Origin: a virus
Lineage: Duplodnaviria; Caudoviricetes
Virus record (IMG/VR): IMGVR_UViG_3300001598_001658
Span: 32,001 to 96,000 of that record
DNA: 64,000 bases
Reading direction: 5' to 3' (one strand)
Notes under the pieces: generated by a model
What the model was told of the DNA's origin: nothing
Seen by the model: only the letters and a program-made list of their open reading frames with translations
Database searches by the model: none
Shown: positions 27,530 through 37,116 of the stretch, one piece after another
How positions within the stretch are numbered: position 1 is the stretch's first letter
Layout: each line of letters begins with the position of its first letter
Position numbers and translations under genes: made by a program

Positions 27530-28390
27530 GAAACAGATAATTGATTTCTGTTAATCCTTGATGTGAGTAAAATCACACATGGTCCTATGAACCTGATAGG
27601 TATGAGTACCGTCAGTAAAAATCATAGGAAAATATCTTCTGAGGAGAACTCAGGGTATTAGTGAAGTAGAAAGGTTTGTCTGCGTGAGAATCCGCACGTA
27701 TCTAGTAGTTTACTTTTGAAACACTTTATCCTTCATATCCAAAAGAGATTTCGCCCGATGTCTTAGACCAAAAGTGTCAAGACTAGGTACAAAAGAGTGG
27801 AATAACGGTGAGCGTATGTCCACAGTGTGATCCCGAAAGGGAATATGAATTATTAGCCCGAAAGGGTAGGATTAAAACGCTAGAAACGTCAATGCTGGTA
27901 GATGGGGTGTTGGCGCTAAAAACCTAGAAGCTCGATAAAAAGAGTGTTTATAGGTGACTGATGTAACGGAGGGTAGCTCGAGATTTCCTAAGTGATGTTT
28001 CTGTTTGATCGTTGATCGGATAGTTTAGATTTGCTATTTTGCGACATATTTCGCTAATAGTGAATCGCATTATATAGGAATTTAAAAATTCGGGTACAAG
28101 CGAACCGGCGCAGAGAGTCCATCACAAGAAAAGCAGAGTATGATCACGTGTCGTCGGAAATGCCGAGTATATTCGAACCTGGCTTGGCTATGCAAAAGCC
28201 TCCCAGGAGCCATGTTAATGTTTCCCTGAGGACGAGTGTTAGGGGTTGCGAAATCTTAGCTATAAGAAAGTAGTGTAAAGTGTGAAGAATAGTTGGATGC
28301 ATAATCCATCGATTTCATCAACCAGATGAATAGAGAAATGTCATATCAGCCGAGCACAGAGCCAAATCCGGAGGGCTCTGTGTTTGGTAT
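27530..28390 (+). ncRNA. large ornate structured ncRNA (~850 nt; GOLLD/ROOL size class, family unassigned)
   Basis: No ORF of 60 aa or more, raised GC, many nested helices, two CCC-GAAA-GGG GNRA hairpins, upstream promoter variant and downstream terminator. Confidence 0.8.
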
Positions 28391-28420
28391 TGGATATGTT
28401 TTATTTTTTTTATATTTTTT
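28350..28420 (+). terminator. terminator closing the large ncRNA
   Basis: Stem CCGAGCACAGAGCC/GGCTCTGTGTTTGG followed by long T tracts. Confidence 0.65.
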
Positions 28421-28582
28421 GAATCTTTATTATTCAAATATATTATATATAGAATGCGTTATTTAAGGAGTTTAAAATGGATAAAAATATAGAATCGTTT
28501 TATAATTTAAAATTTTATATTTTATAAAACTTAATATTATACAACATATAAAGAAAATAAATAAACAATATAGGAGAAAATA

Positions 28583-30658
28583 ATGAATGAAGCAAAAATA
28601 ACAAAACCCGTTGTTATGGAAATCAATACTGCTGATTTCACTAGAAAAGACAAATTAAAAGGTGAAGTTCAAACGTATGGACAAAAAGCTTATTCGAAAC
28701 TTTATGATTCTTTATGGAATTATATTTTCTTAGATTATAAAAGAAAAGATAATTTAATAAAAGTTGTGAGTATAAACGAAGCGAATGAACCAGTGTATGC
28801 GCATATGACTGCTGCAGAACTTTTGATTCATCTTATCTTTTGGAAACCATATGTAATTTACTCAAAATGTCTTAAGAGGAAAGTCGTTATCAAATCTGAT
28901 ACATTCTATAATCTTGAGAATTTTGATAAAAAGAAAATTACAAAAATTCTTAAAGATTTAGTGAAAGAGTTTTTACCAGATGCTGAAAATCGTCCAAATG
29001 GTATTAATGAACTTTCATATAATGTATCTTTAACAATTGATGATTTCTGTGAACTTATGAATTCTTATTGTGCAATTGCATCAAATACAATTTCACTTTA
29101 TGATATTCATCAGTTGGAAAAAAGAAGCCCTGAATTTGCTGATTGTTTGAATACACAGCTCGATGAATCTTTACCAACAAAGACAATTGAACAACAGTTG
29201 AAAAAAGGTGAAAGAAAAACAATTAAAGCTATTCTTGATGATAACAAATCATCTTTGGTAAATTATATTAAAGGTGGTCGTTTGACATCAGATCAGTTTA
29301 CACAAATGTTTTATGCAGTAGGTCCTCGTACTGATGTAGATAAAACAATTCTTCCGAAATTGATTAAAGGAAACTTCTTGAAAGGATATCAGTGTCCATC
29401 AGACGCATATATGGATGCTATTACAGGACGCGATGCTCAGATTCTTAAACACATTACGGTTCGCGATTCTGGTTATCTTTCGAGAAAAATTAATCTTTCT
29501 AATCTTAATACAAAGATCAATTATGCAATTGATGACTGTCACACACAACATACAGTTGCATATTATGTAGAAACAGAAGATCATCTTCAGTCTATTGATC
29601 TTAAATACATTGTAAAAGATAATGGAAAATTGTATCTTGTGCATGCAAGCAAAGATAAGGATCTTATTGGAAAAGTAGTACAACTGAGATCTCATATCGT
29701 ATGTGCGCTTCCTGAAGGCGAAGTGTGTATGACCTGTTTTGGAGAAAAAGCAAAACGATTAGCCGGAACAAACATCGGTGGACTCCCTGCTATCAAATTC
29801 GCAAACCCTATTTCCAAACGTTTGATGCGCGCTAAGCACTTTACTACTACTAACTCTGTTGATGTAAAATCTGAATACATGAGCAAATACTTTAATATTG
29901 AATCTAGTAAACTTTATTTCAAACCTGAAATGAAGAATAAAGAAGTCTTTGTTTGTGTTGATCGTGATATTATCGAAGATATTATGTCTGGAGCTACAGA
30001 TACAGAAGATGAATCGGTCGACTCTTCAACACCAATTGAATCAATTACAATTATGGATGGTGAAGAAAGATATACTATTGAATGTGAAGGTTTGTTCTTA
30101 GTTTTAACAAGTGAAATTTTGAATGAATCGAGCAAGTTTATTATGGAATATGATTCTGAAGAGGCATTAATTCCTGTAACTAAATTTGATAACGATACGC
30201 CTTTCTTCAATATGATTATTGTATCAGAAGCGGTTCAGCTTTATTTGAAACAAATCAAACGTATTATTGACTCATCTAAAACAAAAACATATTCAACTCC
30301 ATCTGCATTTATGAAAGATATTTCTGATGTTTTGATTGATATGGGTATTGCTGGTACATCTATTATTAACATCGAAACACTTATCTATCAGTTGGTGAGA
30401 AAACCGGATAAATTGTATGAAAGACCTGATTTCACAAAGCCAGATCCTGAAATCACAATTCTCCCTATTTCATCATCGATTCAGAATTCTGATATTTATA
30501 CAGCATTCGGATTTGAAAAACTTAAGCAACAGGTAACAAATGTTGATTCATTTATGAAGAAAGGAACTGGAATCTATGATCCTTTATTTAAAGTAAATAA
30601 ACCAAAGCATCTTATTCCTGTTGATAAAGAAACAATTGCTAAGGCTTTAGAAAAATAA
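28583..30658 (+). CDS. rpoC: RNA polymerase beta' subunit C-terminal part (probably non-virion RNAP)
   Basis: Bridge helix GRDAQ...DSGYLSRK; zinc site DC...RSHIVC...VCMTCFG; trigger loop NIG...PISKRLMRAKH; early-type promoter upstream. Confidence 0.88.
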   Translation: MNEAKITKPVVMEINTADFTRKDKLKGEVQTYGQKAYSKLYDSLWNYIFLDYKRKDNLIKVVSINEANEPVYAHMTAAELLIHLIFWKPYVIYSKCLKRKVVIKSDTFYNLENFDKKKITKILKDLVKEFLPDAENRPNGINELSYNVSLTIDDFCELMNSYCAIASNTISLYDIHQLEKRSPEFADCLNTQLDESLPTKTIEQQLKKGERKTIKAILDDNKSSLVNYIKGGRLTSDQFTQMFYAVGPRTDVDKTILPKLIKGNFLKGYQCPSDAYMDAITGRDAQILKHITVRDSGYLSRKINLSNLNTKINYAIDDCHTQHTVAYYVETEDHLQSIDLKYIVKDNGKLYLVHASKDKDLIGKVVQLRSHIVCALPEGEVCMTCFGEKAKRLAGTNIGGLPAIKFANPISKRLMRAKHFTTTNSVDVKSEYMSKYFNIESSKLYFKPEMKNKEVFVCVDRDIIEDIMSGATDTEDESVDSSTPIESITIMDGEERYTIECEGLFLVLTSEILNESSKFIMEYDSEEALIPVTKFDNDTPFFNMIIVSEAVQLYLKQIKRIIDSSKTKTYSTPSAFMKDISDVLIDMGIAGTSIINIETLIYQLVRKPDKLYERPDFTKPDPEITILPISSSIQNSDIYTAFGFEKLKQQVTNVDSFMKKGTGIYDPLFKVNKPKHLIPVDKETIAKALEK

Positions 30659-30674
30659 AAAATGAGGTATTAAA

Positions 30675-32156
30675 TTGGAACGAAAATTATATGTATATAA
30701 AAGTAGAATCGATTTAGTACCTTATTCTTTAGGAGAATCTTTAACATTAGAAAAAAAATTATCTTTGTATGACTATATTAATCATCAGATGAGTATGGTA
30801 TTATACAAATATGATCCTGATTCAAAAACTTTAAGTATTCCAAAAGGTTTTTCTGTAAATGAGATTTTAAATAATCTTGCAACAGATACAATTGTCGAAA
30901 TTAAAGTTGTTGATAAAACATCAGAAACAATAAAAGGTAGAGATATTAAAATTGATATGAAACCTGGAATTGGGGCTCGAGATGAACATCAAGTAAATTC
31001 TATTTCATTCTTGATTGATAAAAAGGATGATAATCAGAAATTTCTTAATATAGATACTGGATATGGAAAAACATTCTGTTCTACAAAAGCCATATCTGTA
31101 TTAGGAAAAGCAACGATGATTGTTATGGCTAACAGTAATCTGATGAAACAATGGACGGAAGCTCTTAAAGAATATACTAAAATAAAACCTGAAGAAATCT
31201 GTTATATTTCAGGAAGGGATACTGTTGAAAAAGCTATAAAAGCTAAAGAAAAAGCATTAGTATACATTTGTTCAACACAAACAATGTCTATTCTTTCAAC
31301 CGAAAATAAACTTCAAGAGTTTGTAGAAGAATGTGGAATAGGAATTAAAATAATTGATGAAGCTCATGAAATGATGAGTGCAGTTGCGTTAATTGATTGT
31401 GGTTGTAATGTGTATTATAACTTTTATTTGACAGCGACACCTGAAAGATCGGATACTCGCGAAGCAATACTTTATAATAGAATTACAAGAACGTTTAGTA
31501 AATTTGGTGGTTACACTGCAAACTTAGTACAATATGTACATGTAAAAAATGTATTTATTAATACTTATCCTACACCATGGCACAAACGTATTTGTAATAC
31601 TAAACAAGGATTCTCAGCAGTTTTATATGAAAAATACATTTTCAAAAATGATAGAAAAAAGACATTTATGTATTTAATTTGCAAATACGTGTGTTCAAAA
31701 ATTCTTAATAGTGACCCTGATGCAAAAATCTTAATTGTATTTAGTATAAGGGAAAATATAAATGAAATTGCTAGATTGTTTGAATATAATGATGGTATTG
31801 ATTGTGGTATCTTTACAAATGATACTAAAGCTGAATTGAAAAAGAAAGAACTTAATAAAAATATCATCCTCAGTACTCTTAAAAGTTCCGGGGCCGGTAT
31901 GGATATTAAAGGTCTTCGGTGTATTATAAACTTTGTTCCATTCAAGAGTACTGTTTTGTTACATCAGCTTATAGGTCGTTTAAGATATATGCCAGGCAAA
32001 GCATTATTCTATTTCAACATAGTTGATGAAGGATATGAAAATATTGTTAGACAAAACATTAAACGTCAACAATTTTTCTATGGAAAAGCTGCAGATATTA
32101 AAAATATGAGATTAGATATGAACGTATTATTATCTATGATGTATAAACAAAGATAA
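30675..32156 (+). CDS. superfamily 2 DEAH helicase
   Basis: TGYGKT, IIDEAH, LTATP, GMDI, QLIGRLR. Confidence 0.92.
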   Translation: MERKLYVYKSRIDLVPYSLGESLTLEKKLSLYDYINHQMSMVLYKYDPDSKTLSIPKGFSVNEILNNLATDTIVEIKVVDKTSETIKGRDIKIDMKPGIGARDEHQVNSISFLIDKKDDNQKFLNIDTGYGKTFCSTKAISVLGKATMIVMANSNLMKQWTEALKEYTKIKPEEICYISGRDTVEKAIKAKEKALVYICSTQTMSILSTENKLQEFVEECGIGIKIIDEAHEMMSAVALIDCGCNVYYNFYLTATPERSDTREAILYNRITRTFSKFGGYTANLVQYVHVKNVFINTYPTPWHKRICNTKQGFSAVLYEKYIFKNDRKKTFMYLICKYVCSKILNSDPDAKILIVFSIRENINEIARLFEYNDGIDCGIFTNDTKAELKKKELNKNIILSTLKSSGAGMDIKGLRCIINFVPFKSTVLLHQLIGRLRYMPGKALFYFNIVDEGYENIVRQNIKRQQFFYGKAADIKNMRLDMNVLLSMMYKQR

Positions 32157-32174
32157 AATGAAAGGGAGGAATAA

Positions 32175-32855
32175 ATGCAGGACATCAATAAGATAAATAA
32201 ATTCACAAAAACGTTTTATAAATCTAATGATTTTGTTGCTAAGCATGTTGTTTCTTTAATGAATTATGCAACAGATAATAAGGGAAAGGAAGTATCTAGA
32301 TCTCCATTATACTGCTATGACGTTAATGATAAACGTGTTCATGAAATTAAGAAAGCTTTGAGTATAACAACATCGGATATGATAGTATTGTCAAATAATA
32401 ATACTGAATCATATTCTATTAATGGAGCTGCATCAAAAGAATCTACAAAAGGTTTAAAAGGTGGAGGTTTCGTTTTTGTTACACCAAGAGATTTTGATAA
32501 ATTGTTGGATTCACTAAATACGTGTGTTTCGTGGTTATGTGATGATGAATATGCAAAATTATTCACCATCGATGCCAATGGAAATACAGTTGGTGTTTCC
32601 GACAATAATGAAGTTGCAATATCAAGATTTAAAACAGGATGGATCATGTTTAAACCCGCTGTTATCTTTGATCAAAAAGATACAGGATATCAAGGAATTT
32701 ACATCAAATGTGATAGAGGCGTTTTAGCTTCTCTCACTGGTACAGAATTTAAAGAATTCTATAATTATATGAAAGAATTGATGACAAACTTCTATTCATG
32801 TAGTTTGGCATTATATAATGCTGGTTTGATGTCTATGATATTACATAAGGAGTAA
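32175..32855 (+). CDS. hypothetical protein
   Basis: 226-aa ORF, GGGAGG RBS. Confidence 0.75.
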   Translation: MQDINKINKFTKTFYKSNDFVAKHVVSLMNYATDNKGKEVSRSPLYCYDVNDKRVHEIKKALSITTSDMIVLSNNNTESYSINGAASKESTKGLKGGGFVFVTPRDFDKLLDSLNTCVSWLCDDEYAKLFTIDANGNTVGVSDNNEVAISRFKTGWIMFKPAVIFDQKDTGYQGIYIKCDRGVLASLTGTEFKEFYNYMKELMTNFYSCSLALYNAGLMSMILHKE

Positions 32856-32857
32856 AT

Positions 32858-33532
32858 ATGGGAAAAACTCTTACGAATGCAGAGGAAATAGAAGCATTTT
32901 ATACGTATTATAATAACAATATTGATACGGATGAACGCTTATTAATACAGAATGGTGATGAAACAAAGTTATACGTATTCGATAAAGGAGATTATGTAAA
33001 ATTTGATAATCACTACTGTGTTTATCTCGGGTTTGTCAACAACCCGTTAGAAGAGATCGAGAAGGAAAGTTATGCTTTATATAGAGTTGGACGTAGATTA
33101 CATTATCATCATCCGCCTATTAAAACTAACATTGAAATCAAATCTCTTAAAAAGAGAAATGTTGATAACAGTGAATTCCTCGATGTTACTGTAAAAGAGA
33201 CAGATAACGAATTGATGCAGGTGGTAAAATTCTTACTTAAAGGTATGCGTGTCAATACATTTAAATCATTATTTACTGATGTAAGTGATTTTAATAATAT
33301 TAGACGCGAAATAACCAATGGTAATGGACAGCTTACATGGAATAGATTTACTCTTATTTTGGATTTGTTAGGGTTTGATCATATATTGGCCGCAATCAAA
33401 AAAGATGGCGAAGTCATCGGTGATCAAAGTAATAAAGAAAAGATTAGACAGTATTATCTTAAAGAAGCCGGTAAAGCTCCATTGCTTGAAGTACAAGAAG
33501 AAAATGCTGAAGAAGATCCAGATCTTTGTTAA
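32858..33532 (+). CDS. hypothetical protein, possible C-terminal helical DNA-binding domain
   Basis: 224-aa ORF; segment DFNNIRREI...LTWNRFTLILDLLG. Confidence 0.6.
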   Translation: MGKTLTNAEEIEAFYTYYNNNIDTDERLLIQNGDETKLYVFDKGDYVKFDNHYCVYLGFVNNPLEEIEKESYALYRVGRRLHYHHPPIKTNIEIKSLKKRNVDNSEFLDVTVKETDNELMQVVKFLLKGMRVNTFKSLFTDVSDFNNIRREITNGNGQLTWNRFTLILDLLGFDHILAAIKKDGEVIGDQSNKEKIRQYYLKEAGKAPLLEVQEENAEEDPDLC

Positions 33533-33536
33533 ATAT

Positions 33537-33562
33537 TTCTCCCCTAATTATTTAGGGGAGAA
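33537..33562 (+). terminator. terminator-like hairpin
   Basis: Stem TTCTCCCCTAA/TTAGGGGAGAA. Confidence 0.7.
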
Positions 33563-33602
33563 TTTATTTATATATTATTAAATAGAAAGGAGGCTTATAA
33601 AA

Positions 33603-34463
33603 ATGAGCAGTATAAAAGACAAAACTACATATCCTACATTTGAAAGATTAAATGAAAGACATGAAAATCTTAAATTTCATACGTTAGATATGCCTATTAC
33701 GGAAATGAACATAACATTTAATTCGATAATCGAAAGACTAATTGGTTTTTATAAAACTTATTCTGATCATATTCGATATATCGAAACTAGAATAAATGAT
33801 CGCATTATTGATCAGAAATTAATTCAGGATATTGGTTCGATATTACTCGATGTGCAAGATTTCTGGGATATTGTAGCAAATCAATGTGTTGGTATGAGAT
33901 CAATTTGTTCACCAAATTTTTCATCAAAATATTCTGAATTCACAAAAACTTTTAATGATGAAATTATGATAAATACACTGCCTTTACAAAATGAAGACTG
34001 TGTGTTAACATACAAAGAAACTTTGAGTGAAGTATTGATATCACTTTGTACATTGAAACGCGAATATGACAAATTTAATATTCTTAAAAATCAGATAAAG
34101 GATGAAGAAAAGATGAATGATATCTGGTGGTCGTTTTATCAACAGATGAAAGAAACTCTTTCGGATTCTATTAAAAACTACAAAAGTTTTGAAGAAAATG
34201 ATGTTACTCCGAATTTGGATAATCTTTATATCTTCAAAATCATCAAGAATATTGATGACTATTTTGATGTAATATCTGATGATAAAGTGTCAAAAGAAAG
34301 TGTGTTCAATACAACAACTATTGGTGAGTTTATTCTTATTCATATCAATTATTTATTATATGTATATAAAAATAAACTTCTTACAAAATTGACAGATGTA
34401 TATAATCAAATTGATGAACTTAAGGAATCAAAAAGATATATAGATCTAACAAATCAAGAATAA
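33603..34463 (+). CDS. hypothetical helical protein
   Basis: AGGAGG RBS, ATATATTAT upstream. Confidence 0.75.
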   Translation: MSSIKDKTTYPTFERLNERHENLKFHTLDMPITEMNITFNSIIERLIGFYKTYSDHIRYIETRINDRIIDQKLIQDIGSILLDVQDFWDIVANQCVGMRSICSPNFSSKYSEFTKTFNDEIMINTLPLQNEDCVLTYKETLSEVLISLCTLKREYDKFNILKNQIKDEEKMNDIWWSFYQQMKETLSDSIKNYKSFEENDVTPNLDNLYIFKIIKNIDDYFDVISDDKVSKESVFNTTTIGEFILIHINYLLYVYKNKLLTKLTDVYNQIDELKESKRYIDLTNQE

Positions 34464-34473
34464 CCGAAAAAGT

Positions 34474-34508
34474 AAAGTAAGGAGTCATAAGCCTCCTTAC
34501 TTTTTTTT
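34474..34508. terminator. bidirectional terminator
   Basis: Stem AAAGTAAGGAG/CTCCTTACTTT between convergent genes. Confidence 0.75.
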
Positions 34509-36540
34509 ATTTCATGTGTCTCATCACATTCATAATTTTTTCACGATGTTCCATAATTTCCTGTTTTCTTTCTGAATATTTCTCTTTTTTCTCAATTTCT
34601 TTTTCACCAACTGTTTTTCTATTTTCAAGATCTTTTTCATCTTGAGAATATTCTTTATGAGATTTGAGTTTATCAGCTTTATGACCAGTATTATATGTTC
34701 CATCTCTATGCATTGTTTCTACATGTAACAATGAAGTTAAACAAACTTTACATAAATTATCAATGCGAGTCATCATTACGAAATATGACTGAATTAAATC
34801 GGAAACATAAGATTTTGTCTTTACACAATAATCATATGCGCGTTCCATAGCAGTCCAACATCCTTTGAATTGTCTTATCATATCGCGTCTTTCTTTTTTA
34901 TAATCTTTAGAGTTTTCTTTCAAATCTCTAAGTTTTAATTCAAGCTTTTCTTTTGATTCTTTTTTATTAATTTTTAATTGATTATATGATTCTCTTTGTA
35001 TACCCTTTGTAAGAATATCTGAACAAATAACAGATACTTCAAAAATAGGTTCTTTTTCATTTTTAGCAATCAATTTAAAAGAATCTACATCTTTAATTAC
35101 ATCTGAAACTTTTTGTTCAAAAGGTTTTTCATCTGGTCTATCTACGAATAATGAAACAATTGCATGATTACTTGGCGGAAGCTTTTTATTTTCTGCTATA
35201 GATTGTGCAGTATAACCATAGATTTTATTATGTTTGGTTATAAGTTCACCTATCTTAAATCTCATAGATGTTAAAAATGATTCGGGAATAGATGCTGATT
35301 TCTGTACATCACCCATATATAAACCGCCAAATGATTTTAACATAGCAAACATTTGTTTTGGATCGCCAGATGATGCAAACTTTTTAGAAAGATCAATTAA
35401 TGAATTTTGAATATCTACAAATTCATTAGAAACCCCAGAAATATATTCATGTGCTTCTTCTTTTAAAGTTTGTACAGGATCGCCTTTCATACCATTTTCT
35501 AATACAGAAGCTTCGTCAGCATATCTTTCAAATAATCCTTCAATTCGTCCCATATATTTCATATAAAAAGCATTATTCTTTGCTCTCATTCGATACATCT
35601 TAAACTGTTTTCTAATTTTATTAATTTTACCAGGAAATTCTTTAAAGAATTTAGCACTTACTTCTAATGGTTTTTTATTTGATTTTGCAAAATCTCCATC
35701 TTCATTACCATATATATATTCATCTTCATCGTAATCGATATCATCCATTTCATCTAATTCATTTAAAATAGAATTGATTTTTTCATCAACATCTGTATTT
35801 ATGAATTCGTTTATTTTGTTATCAGGTTCAATGAGATCTAAAAAAGAATTCCAGAATATCTTTGTATTTATAATATTTTTTATGATAATTTTATATAATT
35901 CAAATATATTAAATAATATTTCTTTTTTAAGTTCTATCAACTTTTCATTTTCATCATCTTCTGAGTTTGTTGGATTATTTTCACCAATATTATCTGTTAA
36001 TCTATCGAACTCTAGATTTAATAAATCTTTTGGAAATTCAGATATCCATTCTATTAATGAATTGTACATAAGTGAATCTGATATAGATATAACATTTTCA
36101 AAAGATGAAAGAGATTCAAAAGTATCAAATGACTTATTATATACATTTCCATTTTTAAAATCTATTAACTTATTTTTAAAAATATTTAATATATCGATAA
36201 TATCTTCATATGATTCATCGGAATCTAAATTATAAATATCTTTTGTATATTCTCTTAAACTCAAAATAAGTTTGTTTAATTCGATAGAATTAGAATATTG
36301 ATATATTATATCCTTTGAAAAATCTGTAAAATCATATGGGATTTTAAGAGACATATAATTTTTAATTATATCTTTATCAAGATTTTTTATTTCATCGATA
36401 TATTCATAATTTGAATTTTTTATAGATTCGATGAGTTCTGATGTTTTTTCTATAAAATTTTCATTTCTAATTGTATTTTTTTCGATATAGTTATCAGCTT
36501 CATAAGGTTCACATAAAATGTGTGTATTTGTATTTTCCAT
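34507..36540 (-). CDS. probable virion internal (head) protein
   Basis: Acidic N-half ending YGNE, then a basic C-half; late-type promoter. Confidence 0.5.
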   Translation of the reverse strand: MENTNTHILCEPYEADNYIEKNTIRNENFIEKTSELIESIKNSNYEYIDEIKNLDKDIIKNYMSLKIPYDFTDFSKDIIYQYSNSIELNKLILSLREYTKDIYNLDSDESYEDIIDILNIFKNKLIDFKNGNVYNKSFDTFESLSSFENVISISDSLMYNSLIEWISEFPKDLLNLEFDRLTDNIGENNPTNSEDDENEKLIELKKEILFNIFELYKIIIKNIINTKIFWNSFLDLIEPDNKINEFINTDVDEKINSILNELDEMDDIDYDEDEYIYGNEDGDFAKSNKKPLEVSAKFFKEFPGKINKIRKQFKMYRMRAKNNAFYMKYMGRIEGLFERYADEASVLENGMKGDPVQTLKEEAHEYISGVSNEFVDIQNSLIDLSKKFASSGDPKQMFAMLKSFGGLYMGDVQKSASIPESFLTSMRFKIGELITKHNKIYGYTAQSIAENKKLPPSNHAIVSLFVDRPDEKPFEQKVSDVIKDVDSFKLIAKNEKEPIFEVSVICSDILTKGIQRESYNQLKINKKESKEKLELKLRDLKENSKDYKKERRDMIRQFKGCWTAMERAYDYCVKTKSYVSDLIQSYFVMMTRIDNLCKVCLTSLLHVETMHRDGTYNTGHKADKLKSHKEYSQDEKDLENRKTVGEKEIEKKEKYSERKQEIMEHREKIMNVMRHMK

Positions 36541-36613
36541 TTTTTCTTCCTCATATTAGTATATAAAACAATGTTTTGAGCATTTTATAAAACATTATAT
36601 TGTGGAGGATTTT

Positions 36614-37045
36614 ATGTTTTCTAAAATCATTGTCATATTTTTACTATTCATATGGCAATTGCCTCAAGAAATATTAGGCTTTATCGTTTTTCTAATTGCA
36701 AATGAAGACAAACGACGTAAAATTACAGCTTCTGCTTCTTGTTATATGTATTTCACACATAAAAGGAATTGGGGTGTTTCTTTAGGCGATTTCGTTATGA
36801 TATGTGAAAAGGATACTATCTATGATTTAATGCACGAAAGTGGACATAAAAAACAATCACGAATACTAGGATGGTTTTATCTATTAGTAATTGGTGTACC
36901 TTCATTTATTTGCGCATGTATAAATAAACTCATATTAGTAAGGATATGGGATGAAAATAAACGCGTCAAATGGTATTATAATTTACCATGGGAAAAATGG
37001 GCAAATGAATTAGAAGGTTTAGATAAGTATCTACATTTTGACTAA
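36614..37045 (+). CDS. membrane protein with HExGH zincin-like motif
   Basis: WQLPQEILG, GVSLG, MHESGHKKQS, two hydrophobic segments, WEKWA; GGAGG RBS before ATG 36614. Confidence 0.7.
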   Translation: MFSKIIVIFLLFIWQLPQEILGFIVFLIANEDKRRKITASASCYMYFTHKRNWGVSLGDFVMICEKDTIYDLMHESGHKKQSRILGWFYLLVIGVPSFICACINKLILVRIWDENKRVKWYYNLPWEKWANELEGLDKYLHFD

Positions 37046-37055
37046 TCCAACATTT

Positions 37056-37083
37056 AATGACACCTTCATTTGAAGGTGTCATT
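37056..37083 (+). terminator. terminator-like hairpin
   Basis: Stem AATGACACCTTCA/TGAAGGTGTCATT. Confidence 0.7.
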
Positions 37084-37116
37084 TATTTATATATTATTTA
37101 TAGAAGGAGTTAAAAT

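Noticed and set aside
27675-27705. TGCGTGAGAATCCGCACGTA resembles the upper part of group II intron domain V
   Set aside because: There is no AGC/CGC catalytic triad or lower DV stem, it lies near the 5' end of the RNA, there is no GTGCG start, and no gene is interrupted.
27530-28390. RNase P RNA or tmRNA as the identity of the large RNA
   Set aside because: There is no GAGGAAAGUCC...CAGAA..CGGCUUA P4 pair, no tRNA-like ends with CCA, and the length is too great.
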